NCBI RefSeq assembly: GCF_036788415.1
Contig: NZ_DAIQNN010000006.1
Location: 1,906 to 65,905, forward strand
Source: Rubrimonas sp.
GTDB taxonomy: Bacteria; Pseudomonadota; Alphaproteobacteria; Rhodobacterales; Rhodobacteraceae
Reading direction: 5' to 3'
Length of the DNA stretch: 64,000 bases
A program made the position numbers and the translations under genes. Positions 52,981 to 63,080 of the stretch are shown piece after piece (position 1 is the stretch's first letter; the number at the start of each line of letters is the position of its first letter). The notes under the pieces were generated by a model. That model saw nothing but the letters and a program-made list of their open reading frames with translations. It searched no databases and had not been told where the DNA came from.

Positions 52981-53618
52981 GCGGGACGTTCGTCACTTTC
53001 GAAGGCGTCGACGGCGCGGGCAAGACCACGCAGCTGCGCAAGCTCGCGGCGCGCCTGCGCAAGCGCGGCCTCGACGTGGTCGAGACGCGCGAGCCGGGCG
53101 GCGCGCCAGGCGCCGAGGAGATCCGGCGGCTGCTGGTCGAAGGCGCGCCGGGGCGCTGGTCGGCGGAGACCGAGACGCTGCTCTTCACCGCGGCGCGGCG
53201 CGATCACATGGAGCGCACGGTGGCCCCGGCGCTCGCGCGCGGAGCGGTCGTGCTCTGCGACCGCTTCGCCGACAGCACGCGCGCCTATCAGGCCGCGGGG
53301 CGCGGCGCTTCGCGCGCGCTGGTGGATGCGCTGCATGAGCTCGTCATCGGGCGCGAGCCCGACCTCGCCCTGATCCTCGACGTCGACCCCGAAGCGGCGC
53401 TGGCGCGCGGGACGGCGCGCGAGGCGGCGAAAGGCGGCGGCGAGACGCGTTTCGAGGCGTTCGGCCTCGACTTCCAGCGACGTCTTCGCGACGCCTTCCG
53501 CGCCATCGCCGCCGCGGAACCGCAGCGCTGCGCGCTGATCGACGCCTCGGGCGCCGAGACCGCGGTCGCCGCCCGGATCGACGCCGCCCTCGCCCGCCTT
53601 CCGGCGCTCGCGCCATGA
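52977..53618 (+). CDS. tmk: Thymidylate kinase
   Basis: GTG start overlapping the upstream stop. FVTFEGVDGAGKTTQ, ...VLCDRFADSTRAYQ. Confidence 0.93.
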   Translation: MSGTFVTFEGVDGAGKTTQLRKLAARLRKRGLDVVETREPGGAPGAEEIRRLLVEGAPGRWSAETETLLFTAARRDHMERTVAPALARGAVVLCDRFADSTRAYQAAGRGASRALVDALHELVIGREPDLALILDVDPEAALARGTAREAAKGGGETRFEAFGLDFQRRLRDAFRAIAAAEPQRCALIDASGAETAVAARIDAALARLPALAP

Positions 53619-54784
53619 GCCGTCGCGCCGCCGCCGAGGCTCACGATCATTCGGAGATCCCCGAACCCGACCGCGTCCCCGGCGCGCCGCATCCTCGCCA
53701 GACCCTGCGCCTGTTCGGGCAGGAGCGCGCCGAGCGCGGCTTTCTCGACGCCTGGGGCGCGGGGCGGCTGCATCATGGCTGGCTGCTGCGCGGGCCGCAG
53801 GGAGTCGGCAAGGCGACGCTGGCCTATCGCATCGCGCGCGCGCTCATCGCCCACGACCCCGGCGCGCCGCCGCCGAATGGTCTAGACATGCCGACCGACC
53901 ACCCGGTCGTCCGCCGGATCGCCGCCGGCGCCGAGCCACGTCTGCGCGCGGTCGTCCGCCCGCTGCGGCGCAAGCCCGGCTCGCGCGCCTTTGTCGAACC
54001 GCTCCAGCGCGCCGCCGAGATCACCGTGGGCGAGATCCGCGAACTCGGCGAGTTCCTGCACCTCTCCGCCGCCGATGGCGGCTGGCGCGCCGTGGTGGTG
54101 GACGCCGCCGACGAGCTGAACGTCGCCGCCGCCAACGCGCTGCTGAAGCTGCTGGAGGAGCCGCCGGCGCGCTGCGTCCTGCTGCTGGTCGCCCATGCTC
54201 CGGGGCGACTGCCGCCGACCATCCGATCGCGCTGCCGGACGCTCGACCTGCATCCCCTGCCGCCCGACGCCTTCGCCGCGGCGCTGGCGCAGGCGGGGGC
54301 CGCGACCGCCGCGTCGGAGGCGCTCGCCGAGCTGTCGCGCGGCGCGCCGGGCGACGCGTTGGCGATGGCGGCGGAGGACGGCCCGGCGCTCTACGCCGAA
54401 CTCGCCGCGCTGGCCTCCGGCGCGCCGGGGCTCGACCGCCGCCGGCTGCGCGCGCTCGCCGCCTCCTGCGCGGGGCGCGAGGCGGCGGGGCGCTATTCGC
54501 TCGCCGTGCGGTTCAGCGTGCTGCTGCTGCAAAGGCTCGCCCGCGCCGGCGCCGGCGCGCCGCTGACCGAAGCCGCGCCGCGCGAGGCCGAGATCGCCCG
54601 CGCCCTGTCGTCCGACCCCGCGCGCGCGCGCCTCTGGGCCGAACTGGCCGCGCAGATCGAGGCGTCGGCGGCGCAGGCCCGCGCGGTCAATCTTGACCCC
54701 GAACAGACGATCCTCGATATCTGGCTGCGCGTCGACGCGGCGGCGGGGCGGGCCGCCAGAGCCCCCGCGTCGTCCTCTCCCTGA
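53615..54784 (+). CDS. holB: DNA polymerase III subunit delta-prime
   Basis: ATGA overlap with tmk. HHGWLLRGPQGVGKATLAYRIA, ...AANALLKLLEEPP..., TIRSRCR. Confidence 0.9.
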   Translation: MSRRAAAEAHDHSEIPEPDRVPGAPHPRQTLRLFGQERAERGFLDAWGAGRLHHGWLLRGPQGVGKATLAYRIARALIAHDPGAPPPNGLDMPTDHPVVRRIAAGAEPRLRAVVRPLRRKPGSRAFVEPLQRAAEITVGEIRELGEFLHLSAADGGWRAVVVDAADELNVAAANALLKLLEEPPARCVLLLVAHAPGRLPPTIRSRCRTLDLHPLPPDAFAAALAQAGAATAASEALAELSRGAPGDALAMAAEDGPALYAELAALASGAPGLDRRRLRALAASCAGREAAGRYSLAVRFSVLLLQRLARAGAGAPLTEAAPREAEIARALSSDPARARLWAELAAQIEASAAQARAVNLDPEQTILDIWLRVDAAAGRAARAPASSSP

Positions 54785-54802
54785 ACCGCGGAGATCAGGC
54801 CC

Positions 54803-55594
54803 ATGCCGCCGCCCGAGCTGGTGGACAGCCATTGCCATCTCGACTTTCCCGCCTTCGCGGGCGAACTCGACGCCGTGGTCGCGCGCGCCCGCGCGGCCGG
54901 CGTGCGCCGCATGGTGACCATCGCCACAACCCTGCCCGCCGCACCCGGCGTCGCCGCCATCGCCGAGGCGCATGAGGGCATTTTCTTCGCCGCCGGCGTC
55001 CATCCGATGCACGCGGCGGACCATCCGCCCCTCGCGCTCGACGACCTGCTGGCGCTCGCGGCGCATCCGAAGATGGTCGGGATCGGCGAGACCGGCCTCG
55101 ATTTTCACTACACCGCCGAAAGCGCCGCCGCGCAGGAGGCGTCGCTGCGGCTGCATGTCGAGGCGGCGCGCCGCACTGGCCTGCCGCTCATCGTCCACGC
55201 CCGCGCCGCCGACGCCGAGATCGCGCGCATCCTGTCCGAAGAGCATGCGGCGGGCGCGTTCGGCGGCGTGATGCACTGCTTCAGCTCCGGGCGGGAACTC
55301 GCTGAGACGGCTGTTGGACTCGGTTTCTACCTGTCGATGTCGGGGATCGCCGCCTTCCCGAAATCGCAGGCATTGCGCGAGATTTTCGCCGCCGCGCCGC
55401 TCGACCGGATCCTCGTCGAGACCGACGCGCCCTATCTCGCGCCGCCGCCCCATCGCGGCAAGCGCTGCGAGCCGGCGCACACGGCGCTGACGGCCGCCGT
55501 CGGCGCGCAGCTCTTCGGTCTCGGCGCGCCCGAATTCGCCGCTGCGACCACCGCCAATTTCGACCGGCTCTTCGCCAAGGCCGCAGCTGCGTGA
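54803..55594 (+). CDS. TatD-family metal-dependent hydrolase
   Basis: LVDSHCHLDF, GETGLDFHY, IVHARAA, GVMHCFSG-like, VETDAPYL. Confidence 0.93.
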   Translation: MPPPELVDSHCHLDFPAFAGELDAVVARARAAGVRRMVTIATTLPAAPGVAAIAEAHEGIFFAAGVHPMHAADHPPLALDDLLALAAHPKMVGIGETGLDFHYTAESAAAQEASLRLHVEAARRTGLPLIVHARAADAEIARILSEEHAAGAFGGVMHCFSSGRELAETAVGLGFYLSMSGIAAFPKSQALREIFAAAPLDRILVETDAPYLAPPPHRGKRCEPAHTALTAAVGAQLFGLGAPEFAAATTANFDRLFAKAAAA

Positions 55595-56394
55595 TGGCCG
55601 AGCTGCGGTTCACCATTCTGGGCTGCGGCTCCTCGGGCGGCGTGCCGCGGCTCGGCGGGCGCTGGGGCGCCTGCGACCCGGCCAATCCGCTGAACCGCCG
55701 CCGCCGCTGTTCGCTTCTGGTCGAGCGGATCGACGGCGCGCAGGCGACGCAGGTCCTGATCGACACGGGCCCCGACATGCGCGCGCAACTGCTCGACGCG
55801 GGCGTGGAGACGCTCGACGGCGTGCTCTTCACGCATGACCATGCCGACCATGTCCACGGCATCGACGATCTGCGGCAAGTCTTCTTCAACCGTCGCGCCC
55901 GCCTGCCCGTCTGGGCCTCGCCCGCCACGGCGCAGACCCTGCGCCGGCGCTTCGACTATCTGTTCGACCAGCCCGAGGACAGCCTCTACCCGCCGATCCT
56001 CGATCTGAGCCTGATCGACGGGCCGGTGAGGGTGCAGGGCGCCGGCGGGGCGATCGAGGCCCGCCCTTTCGCCGTGCCGCACGGGCCCGGCATGGAGGCG
56101 CTGGGCTTTCGCATCGGCCCGGTCGTCTATCTGCCTGACGTCTCGGCGATGAGCCCCGAGGCATGGGAGGCGGTGCGCGGCGTGGAGTGCTGGATCGTCG
56201 ACGCGCTGCGCTACGAGCCGCATCTGACGCACTCCCACCTGTCCCAGACGCTCGACTGGATCGCCCGCGCCGCCCCGCGCCGGGCGATCATCACGAACAT
56301 GCACATCGACCTGGACCATGCCCGCGTGCAAGCCGAGACGCCGGCCCATGTCGCGCCCGCCCATGACGGGATGCGGCTGAGCTTCCCGCTCTGA
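55591..56394 (+). CDS. MBL-fold metallo-hydrolase (PhnP/GPMB-like housekeeping paralogue)
   Basis: LGCGSSGGVPR, HTHDHADHVHGIDDLR. Start is GTG 55591 or ATG 55594, overlapping the tatD stop. Confidence 0.85.
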   Translation: MMAELRFTILGCGSSGGVPRLGGRWGACDPANPLNRRRRCSLLVERIDGAQATQVLIDTGPDMRAQLLDAGVETLDGVLFTHDHADHVHGIDDLRQVFFNRRARLPVWASPATAQTLRRRFDYLFDQPEDSLYPPILDLSLIDGPVRVQGAGGAIEARPFAVPHGPGMEALGFRIGPVVYLPDVSAMSPEAWEAVRGVECWIVDALRYEPHLTHSHLSQTLDWIARAAPRRAIITNMHIDLDHARVQAETPAHVAPAHDGMRLSFPL

Positions 56395-56395
56395 G

Positions 56396-57331
56396 ATGCT
56401 CGGGATCCTGACCACCGTCCTGCCGGTCTTCCTGCTGGTCGGCGCGGGATGGCTGGCGGCGCGGTTCGGGGGCTTTCCGGCGAGCGCCGTCGCCGGGCTG
56501 ATGAGCTTCGCCGTGCGCTTCGCCGTGCCGGTGCTGCTGTTCGGCGCGATGGCGCGGCTCGATCTGGCGCAAGCCTTCGACCGCGACCTGCTGGCGAGCT
56601 TCTACGCCGGCTCGCTGAGCGCTTTCGTCCTCGGCATCGCGCTCGCGCGCACGGCCTTCGGGCGGCGACCGGGCGAGGCGGTGGCGCTCGGCTTCTGCGC
56701 GATGTTCTCGAACACGCTGCTGCTCGGCGTGCCGATCCTCAGCCGGGCCGAGGGCGGCGCCGACGCCTTGCCGGCGGCCTTCGCGATCATCGCGCTGCAT
56801 GCGCCGGTCGGCTATCTCGTCGGCATCGTCACCATGGAGCTCTCGCGCCGCGACGGCGCCGGCGCGCTCCAGACTGCGCAGCGCGCCGGCAAGGCGATCT
56901 TCTCAAACGCGCTGACGCTGGGGATCGCGTCGGGCCTCGCGCTGAACCTCAGCGGGATCGCGCCGCCCGAATTCTTCATGGCCGCGGTGGACATGCTCGG
57001 GGCGGCCGCGCTGCCGGCGGCGCTGTTCGGGCTCGGCGGGGCGCTGACCGGCTACCGGCTCAAGGAGGGGCTCGCCGAGGCGGCGACGATGGCCGGCCTG
57101 TCGATCCTGCTGCATCCGGCGATCGCCTGGCTGCTCGGCGCCGTCGTCTTCGACCTCCCCGAGGCGCATCTGCGCGCAGCCGTGGTGCTGGCGGCGATGC
57201 CGACGGGCATGAACGGCTACGTCTTCGCGGCGATGTACAACCGCGCGCAGGGCGCTGCGGCGAGCACGGTGCTGCTCGGCACCGCCGCCTCGGTGCTGAG
57301 CGCGACCTTCTGGCTCTGGCTGCTCGGCTGA
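56396..57331 (+). CDS. AEC (auxin efflux carrier) family transporter
   Basis: 311 aa, 10 TM. MLGILTTVLPVFLLVGAGW..., ...LAAMPTGMNGYVFA. Confidence 0.85.
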   Translation: MLGILTTVLPVFLLVGAGWLAARFGGFPASAVAGLMSFAVRFAVPVLLFGAMARLDLAQAFDRDLLASFYAGSLSAFVLGIALARTAFGRRPGEAVALGFCAMFSNTLLLGVPILSRAEGGADALPAAFAIIALHAPVGYLVGIVTMELSRRDGAGALQTAQRAGKAIFSNALTLGIASGLALNLSGIAPPEFFMAAVDMLGAAALPAALFGLGGALTGYRLKEGLAEAATMAGLSILLHPAIAWLLGAVVFDLPEAHLRAAVVLAAMPTGMNGYVFAAMYNRAQGAAASTVLLGTAASVLSATFWLWLLG

Positions 57332-57350
57332 GCGATGCCTGTCGCCCCGG

Positions 57351-60300
57351 CTATTCCGCCGCCTGCAGGGTCGGCGCGCCGCCCTCGGAGAACGCCGCCC
57401 ACAGCGCCGCCCGCCGCTGCGAAACCCGCTCCACCGCCGCCGCCTTGACATGCCCGAAGCCGCGCAGCTGCTGCGGGAGCTCTGCGATCCCGACGGCGAG
57501 GGCGTGCGTCTCGGGGCGCATTTCGCGGTTCAGCCGGTCGATCTCGGCGAGGAACTCGCCGATCATCCGCCGCTCCATGCGCCGCTCCGCCGTCCAGCCG
57601 AACGGATCGAGCGGCGTTCCCCGCAGAACCTTGCCGTAGCGCAGGACCTTGAAGACCGCGCCCATCCACGGCCCGAAGCGCAGCTTGCGGGGCCGCCCGT
57701 CCGGGCCTTTCGGCGCGATCAGCGGCGGGGCGAGGTGATAGTCGATCCGCCGCACGCCCTCGAATTGCGCCGCCACCGCCGGCTCAAGCGTCTCGGCGTG
57801 CAGCCGCGCCACCTCGTATTCGTCCTTGTAGGCCATCAGCTTGAACAGGCTGCGGGCGACCGCCTCGGCGTATCCGCCCCCCCGAGGCGCGATCCGCGCC
57901 TCCGCGTCGCGCGCCGCCTCGACGGCGCGCGCGAAGCGCATCGCCCAGCGCCGGCTCTGGTAGCGGGTGAGAAGCGCCGACCTGAGGGCGACCATCTCGT
58001 CGAAGGTCCGCGCCGGCTGCGCCTCGGGCGCGGTCGCCGACGCCTTGGGGTCGAGGAGCGCCCAGCGCCCGATCTCGAAGGCGCGCAGATTGGCCTCCAC
58101 CTGCGCGCCGTTGATCTCGATGGCGCGCCTCAGCGCTTCGCGCGACAGGGGGACGAGACCGGCCTGCCACGCCGCGCCCAGCAGCAGCACATTGGCGAAT
58201 TGCGTGTCGCCCAGATGCGCCTGCGCGAGCGCAGTGGCGTCGAGCCAGCGCGCCTCAGCCGCCCGCGCCTCGACCGCCTTGCGCAGCCGCGACGCAGGCA
58301 GTCTGAAATCGGGGTCGCGCGTGAAGGCGCCGGTGACGATCTCGCGGCTGCTCGCCACGGCCCGGGCGCGCCCCGGCGCCATGCAGGCCAGCGTCTCCGC
58401 GCCGCCCGTCACCACCAGATCGCCGCCGATCACCGCATCCGCCTCGCCGGCGGCGACGCGGATCGCGCTGAGATCGGAAGGCTTCTCCGCGATGCGGACA
58501 TGGATGCGCACCGCGCCGCCCTTCTGCGCCAGCCCCGCCATCTGCATCTCACCCGCGCCCTTGCCCTCCAGATGCGCCGCCATCGAGATCAGCGCGCCCA
58601 GCGTCACGACGCCCGTTCCGCCGACGCCTGTGATCACAATGTTCCACGAGCCCCGGATTGCGGGGAGCCTCGCCTCGGGCAGGTCTGGTGGGGAAACGTC
58701 GCCGCCGGCCCGCCGGCGCAGCTTGGCGCCATGCAGGGTGACGAAACTCGGGCAGAAGCCCGCGACGCAGGAGAAATCCTTGTTGCAGGCGGACTGGTCG
58801 ATCTCGCGCTTGCGCCCGAATTCCGTCTCGAGCGGCAGGATCGCGACGCAGTTGGACTGCACGCCGCAATCGCCGCAGCCTTCGCAGACGGCGGGGTTGA
58901 TGAACAGCCGCCGGTCCGGATCTGGGAAGGCGCCGCGCTTGCGGCGGCGGCGCTTCTCGGCGGCGCAGGTCTGGACATAGACCAGCGCTGAGACGCCCGG
59001 ATGCGCGGCCAGTTCGCGCTGCACGGCGTCGAGGGCGTCGCGGGTCTCGGCGCGCACGCCCTTCGGCAGACGTGCGCGGTCGAAATCCTCCTTGTCGTCG
59101 TAGAGCGCCACGACCTTCTCCACCCCCATCGCGCGCAGTTCGGCGCAGATGCGGTAGGGGTCGAGCCCGCCTTCGGTCTTTTGCCCGCCGGTCATCGCGA
59201 CGGCGTCGTTGAACAGAACCTTGAAGGTGATCGGCGCGTTCGCCGCCAGCGCCGCGCGGATCGCCAGGACGCCGCTGTGATTGTAGGTGCCGTCGCCGAG
59301 ATTCTGGAAGACATGCGGTCGGGTGGAGAAATGCCGCTCGCCGATCCAGTTGGCGCCCTCCGCTCCCATATGGGTGAAGCCTTCGGTGTCGCGGTCCATC
59401 CACTGCACCATGTAGTGGCAGCCGATGCCGGCATATGCGCGCGCGCCTTCGGGGATGCGGGTGGAGGTGTTGTGCGGACAGCCGGCGCAGAACCACGGCT
59501 TGCGCTCGGCGAGGTCCGGTGCGGCCCCGGCCTCGGCGAGGGCGCGCAACTCGGCGAGGCGGGCGCGCAGGGCGGGTGTCGCCCGCCCCTCGCCCTCCAG
59601 CACCCGCCCGAGCGACAACGCGACGCCGACGGGGTCGAGCGCCATCTTGGCGGAGAACAGCACCGCCCCCGCCTCGTCCTTCCAGCCGACGACGCGGGGG
59701 CGGGCGGGCAGGTTGTAGAGCGCCTCCTTGAGCTGGGTCTCGATCAGCGCGCGCTTTTCCTCGACGACGACGACGAGGTCGAGTCCTTCGGCCCACTGCC
59801 GCAGCGCGACCGTCTCCAGCGGCCAGACCATGCCGACTTTCCAGACCGTTATCCCGATTTCTTCGAGTGCGGGCTCGTCGAGCCCGAGCAAGTCGAGCGC
59901 ATGACTCACGTCGAGCCAGCTCTTGCCGGCGGCGGCGATCCCGATGCGGGCGCCGGGCGCCCCATGGGTGCGACGGTCGAGCCCGTTTGCGCGCGCGAAG
60001 GCCTGCGCCGCGAAGCGCTTGACATCGTGCATCCGCGCTTCCTGCGCCTGAGGCGTATCGCCGAGGCGGATCGAGACGCCCTCGGGCGGCGGCGCCCAGT
60101 CGGTCGGGAGCGCGACGGTCACGCGGTGCGGGTCGCCGTCGACGACTTCCACCACCTCCACGGTGTCCTTGACGCATTTGAGGCCGACCCAGAGCCCGGA
60201 GAACCGGCTGAGCGCCCAGCCGAGGATCGCGAAGTCCAGCACGTCCTGCACGCCTGCGGGGCTCAGCACCGGGATCATCGCGTCCATCATCGCGAGATCG

Positions 60301-60782
60301 GACTGGTGGCAGGTGGTGGAGCTCTCGCAGGTGTGGTCGTCGCCCATCACGGCGAGCACGCCGCCGAGCGGGGCGGTTCCGGCGAGATTGGCGTGGCGCA
60401 AGGCGTCGCCCGAGCGGTCGACCCCCGGACCCTTGCCGTACCAGAGCGCGAACACGCCCTCGACGCGCCCCTCGCCGCGCAGATGCGCCTGCTGCGTCCC
60501 CCAGCAGGCGGTCGCCGCTAGGTCCTCGTTGAGCCCGCCCTCGAAGACGATCCCCGCCGCCGCGAGCTGCGCGCGCGCGCCCATCATGGTCTGATCGACC
60601 GCCCCGAGCGGCGAGCCGCGATATCCCGTGGCGTAGCCGGCGGTGGACAGGCCGGCGGCCCGGTCGCGGGCCGCCTGCGTCAGCATGGCGCGCGTCAGCG
60701 CCTGCACGCCGGAGAGCAGCACCGGCGACTTCGCGAGATCGAAGCGGTCGCGCAGCGACACGTCCCGCAGATCCATGTCCAA
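57351..60782 (-). CDS. Indolepyruvate ferredoxin oxidoreductase family protein (fused alpha/beta)
   Basis: 1143 aa. TPP-binding GDGTYNHSG. 2x[4Fe-4S] CEGCGDCGVQSNC...ACNKDFSC. C-terminal beta-like domain ITGVGGTGVVT. Confidence 0.9.
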   Translation of the reverse strand: MDMDLRDVSLRDRFDLAKSPVLLSGVQALTRAMLTQAARDRAAGLSTAGYATGYRGSPLGAVDQTMMGARAQLAAAGIVFEGGLNEDLAATACWGTQQAHLRGEGRVEGVFALWYGKGPGVDRSGDALRHANLAGTAPLGGVLAVMGDDHTCESSTTCHQSDLAMMDAMIPVLSPAGVQDVLDFAILGWALSRFSGLWVGLKCVKDTVEVVEVVDGDPHRVTVALPTDWAPPPEGVSIRLGDTPQAQEARMHDVKRFAAQAFARANGLDRRTHGAPGARIGIAAAGKSWLDVSHALDLLGLDEPALEEIGITVWKVGMVWPLETVALRQWAEGLDLVVVVEEKRALIETQLKEALYNLPARPRVVGWKDEAGAVLFSAKMALDPVGVALSLGRVLEGEGRATPALRARLAELRALAEAGAAPDLAERKPWFCAGCPHNTSTRIPEGARAYAGIGCHYMVQWMDRDTEGFTHMGAEGANWIGERHFSTRPHVFQNLGDGTYNHSGVLAIRAALAANAPITFKVLFNDAVAMTGGQKTEGGLDPYRICAELRAMGVEKVVALYDDKEDFDRARLPKGVRAETRDALDAVQRELAAHPGVSALVYVQTCAAEKRRRRKRGAFPDPDRRLFINPAVCEGCGDCGVQSNCVAILPLETEFGRKREIDQSACNKDFSCVAGFCPSFVTLHGAKLRRRAGGDVSPPDLPEARLPAIRGSWNIVITGVGGTGVVTLGALISMAAHLEGKGAGEMQMAGLAQKGGAVRIHVRIAEKPSDLSAIRVAAGEADAVIGGDLVVTGGAETLACMAPGRARAVASSREIVTGAFTRDPDFRLPASRLRKAVEARAAEARWLDATALAQAHLGDTQFANVLLLGAAWQAGLVPLSREALRRAIEINGAQVEANLRAFEIGRWALLDPKASATAPEAQPARTFDEMVALRSALLTRYQSRRWAMRFARAVEAARDAEARIAPRGGGYAEAVARSLFKLMAYKDEYEVARLHAETLEPAVAAQFEGVRRIDYHLAPPLIAPKGPDGRPRKLRFGPWMGAVFKVLRYGKVLRGTPLDPFGWTAERRMERRMIGEFLAEIDRLNREMRPETHALAVGIAELPQQLRGFGHVKAAAVERVSQRRAALWAAFSEGGAPTLQAAE

Positions 60783-60910
60783 CCCTCCCGATTGCGGCTT
60801 CGCCGTCTTGTCCTTTTTAAGGTAAGCTTAACTGACCTAATCCGCAAGCTCCGTTGCACCACGCCTCGGCGGAGCTATCTCGAAGACAGTTCGTGGAAAG
60901 GGCGCAGGTC

Positions 60911-61855
60911 ATGACGCGACGGGACATTCTGAAAGCCGGCGCCGCTGGCGCGCTGGCCGCCGGCGGCGCGGTCGCGGCGACCGGCGAGCCGGCGGCGCGC
61001 GCGGAGGCGACGCATCCGCCGATTGGCCGATTCGTCGAAGCGGCCGGGGTCCAGCTGCATTACGTCGAGGCCGGCGAGGGGCCGCCCGTCGTCCTGATCC
61101 ACGGCGCGAGCGGCAATCTGCGCGATTTCAGCTTCGACCTGCTCGACCGGATGGCGCGGGCGGGTTTCCGCGCCATCGCCTTCGACCGCCCCGGCTTCGG
61201 CTACAGCGGGCGCCCCGCCGGCGCCGACGACCCCGCGATCCAGGCGCGCATCCTGATCGCAGGCGCGCGCGCGCTCGGCGCCCTGCCCGCCATCGCGCTC
61301 GGCCATTCCTATGGCGGAGCCGTCGCGATGGCCTGGGCGACGCAGGCGTCGCAAACGCTGCGCGGCGCCGTCGTCGTCGCCGGGGCGACGCTGCCCTGGG
61401 GCGGCGACGCCGGACTGCTCTACAATCTCGGCGCGCGTCCGGTGCTGGGGGGGCTGGTGCGCCGGACCGTGGGGCTGCTGGTGGACGAGGACGCGCCCGA
61501 CGCGCTTGTGTCCCGCATCTTCCGCCCCGACCGCGCGCCCGAGGGCTATGCGAGCCATATCGGCGTCGGCCTAGCCCTGCGCCCGGAGACTTTCCGCGCC
61601 AATGCGGCGGACCTTCACGCGCTGAACGGGCATCTCGAACGCCTCGCGCCCCGCTACGCCGAACTCGACCTGCCGCTGGAGGTGCTGCACGGGACCGCCG
61701 ACCAGACGGTCTGGGCGGACGTCCACGCCATCCCTCTCGCGCGTCAGGCGCCGCGCGCCCGGCTGACCCTGCTCGAGGGCGTCGGCCACATGCCCCATCA
61801 CGCAGCGCCCGACGCCGTGGTCGCCGCCGCCCTGCGCCTGCGCGGGGACGGCTGA
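60911..61855 (+). CDS. Tat-exported alpha/beta hydrolase
   Basis: ATG 60911. MTRRDILKAG twin-arginine signal. HGASGN oxyanion region, nucleophile elbow GHSYGG, C-terminal GVGHMP His. Confidence 0.8.
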   Translation: MTRRDILKAGAAGALAAGGAVAATGEPAARAEATHPPIGRFVEAAGVQLHYVEAGEGPPVVLIHGASGNLRDFSFDLLDRMARAGFRAIAFDRPGFGYSGRPAGADDPAIQARILIAGARALGALPAIALGHSYGGAVAMAWATQASQTLRGAVVVAGATLPWGGDAGLLYNLGARPVLGGLVRRTVGLLVDEDAPDALVSRIFRPDRAPEGYASHIGVGLALRPETFRANAADLHALNGHLERLAPRYAELDLPLEVLHGTADQTVWADVHAIPLARQAPRARLTLLEGVGHMPHHAAPDAVVAAALRLRGDG

Positions 61856-61866
61856 GCGCGCGCCGC

Positions 61867-63015
61867 TCAGTCGAGCAGCGGCACCACCGCCTGCGGGTCC
61901 CAACTGAGGCGCACCACGTCTTCCCAGACGATGTTCTGCCCGCCGAGCCGCACGCGGTTGGTGCGCGCGACCTTGGCGATCCCGCCGCCCTTCAGCCGCA
62001 CGCGGTAGATCGACATGTCGCCGAGATAGGCGATGTCCTCGACCACGCCGTCGACGACATTTTCGGGGTGGGGTTGCGCGTCGTCGCGCTTCTCGATCAC
62101 GAGCTTCTCCGGGCGCAACGCGACCCCGACAGGCGCGCCCTTCGCCGCCGAGATGGCGCGCCCGGTCCGCACCGGGGCGTCGAACGCGTCGAGGCTGATG
62201 AGCCCGCTCGCAGGATCGACGACATGCCCTTCGAGAATATTCACATCTCCAATGAACTCAGCCGTATAGCGGCTTGATGGCGCCTCATAAACCTCGCGCG
62301 GCTCGCCGAGCTGGGCGATCTTGCCCTCGCGCATCACGGCGAGCCGGGTCGAGACGGTCATCGCCTCTTCCTGATCGTGGGTGACGATCACGAATGTCAG
62401 CCCGAGGCTTTCCTGGATGTTGACGAGCTCGAACTGCGTCTCCTCGCGCAGCTTCTTGTCGAGCGCGCCGAGCGGCTCGTCGAGCAGCAGCAACTTGGGT
62501 TTCTTGGCCAGCGCGCGGGCGAGCGCCACGCGCTGGCGCTGGCCGCCCGAGAGCTGGTGCGGCTTGCGGTCGGCGAACTTGCCCAGCTTGACGAGGTTCA
62601 GCATCTCCTCGACGCGCGCCCCGATGTCGGGCTTCGGCATGCCGTCCATCTCGAGGCCGAAGGCGATGTTCTTCGCCACGCTCATATGCGGGAACAGCGC
62701 GTAGGACTGGAACATCATGTTCACGGGCCGCTCATAGGGCGGGGTCCGGGTCAGATCCTGCCCATCGAGCTCGATTCGCCCCGATGTCGGCGTCTCGAAG
62801 CCCGCGAGCATCCGCAGGAGCGTGGTCTTTCCGCAGCCCGACGGCCCCAGCAGGGCGAAGAACTCGCCGCGGAAGATGTCGAGGGTGAGGTGATCGACGG
62901 CGCGGGCCTCGCCGAAATCCTTGACCACATCGACCAGCCGCAGATGCGGCTTGGCGGCTGGGTCCTTCCAGGGGGCGAAGGGCGAGCCGCTGGCGGCGAC
63001 CTTGATCTCGGCCAT
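61867..63015 (-). CDS. potG: Putrescine/spermidine ABC transporter ATP-binding protein
   Basis: Trimmed to MAEIKVAASG... Long blocks match my recollection of E. coli PotG ([81 protein letters not shown]). Confidence 0.9.
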   Translation of the reverse strand: MAEIKVAASGSPFAPWKDPAAKPHLRLVDVVKDFGEARAVDHLTLDIFRGEFFALLGPSGCGKTTLLRMLAGFETPTSGRIELDGQDLTRTPPYERPVNMMFQSYALFPHMSVAKNIAFGLEMDGMPKPDIGARVEEMLNLVKLGKFADRKPHQLSGGQRQRVALARALAKKPKLLLLDEPLGALDKKLREETQFELVNIQESLGLTFVIVTHDQEEAMTVSTRLAVMREGKIAQLGEPREVYEAPSSRYTAEFIGDVNILEGHVVDPASGLISLDAFDAPVRTGRAISAAKGAPVGVALRPEKLVIEKRDDAQPHPENVVDGVVEDIAYLGDMSIYRVRLKGGGIAKVARTNRVRLGGQNIVWEDVVRLSWDPQAVVPLLD

Positions 63016-63080
63016 GTTCGATGCTCCGCGCGTTGCGGCGCCGCCCCGCACCGGCGGGGCGGCGCAGTCGTCTCAGGGCG

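Noticed and set aside
55591-56394. MBL-fold hydrolase as the missing PhnP of the phn cluster.
   Set aside because: It lies about 14 kb from the phn genes, inside the conserved tmk-holB-tatD-MBL housekeeping block, so it is more likely the general paralogue. It cannot be excluded without biochemical data.
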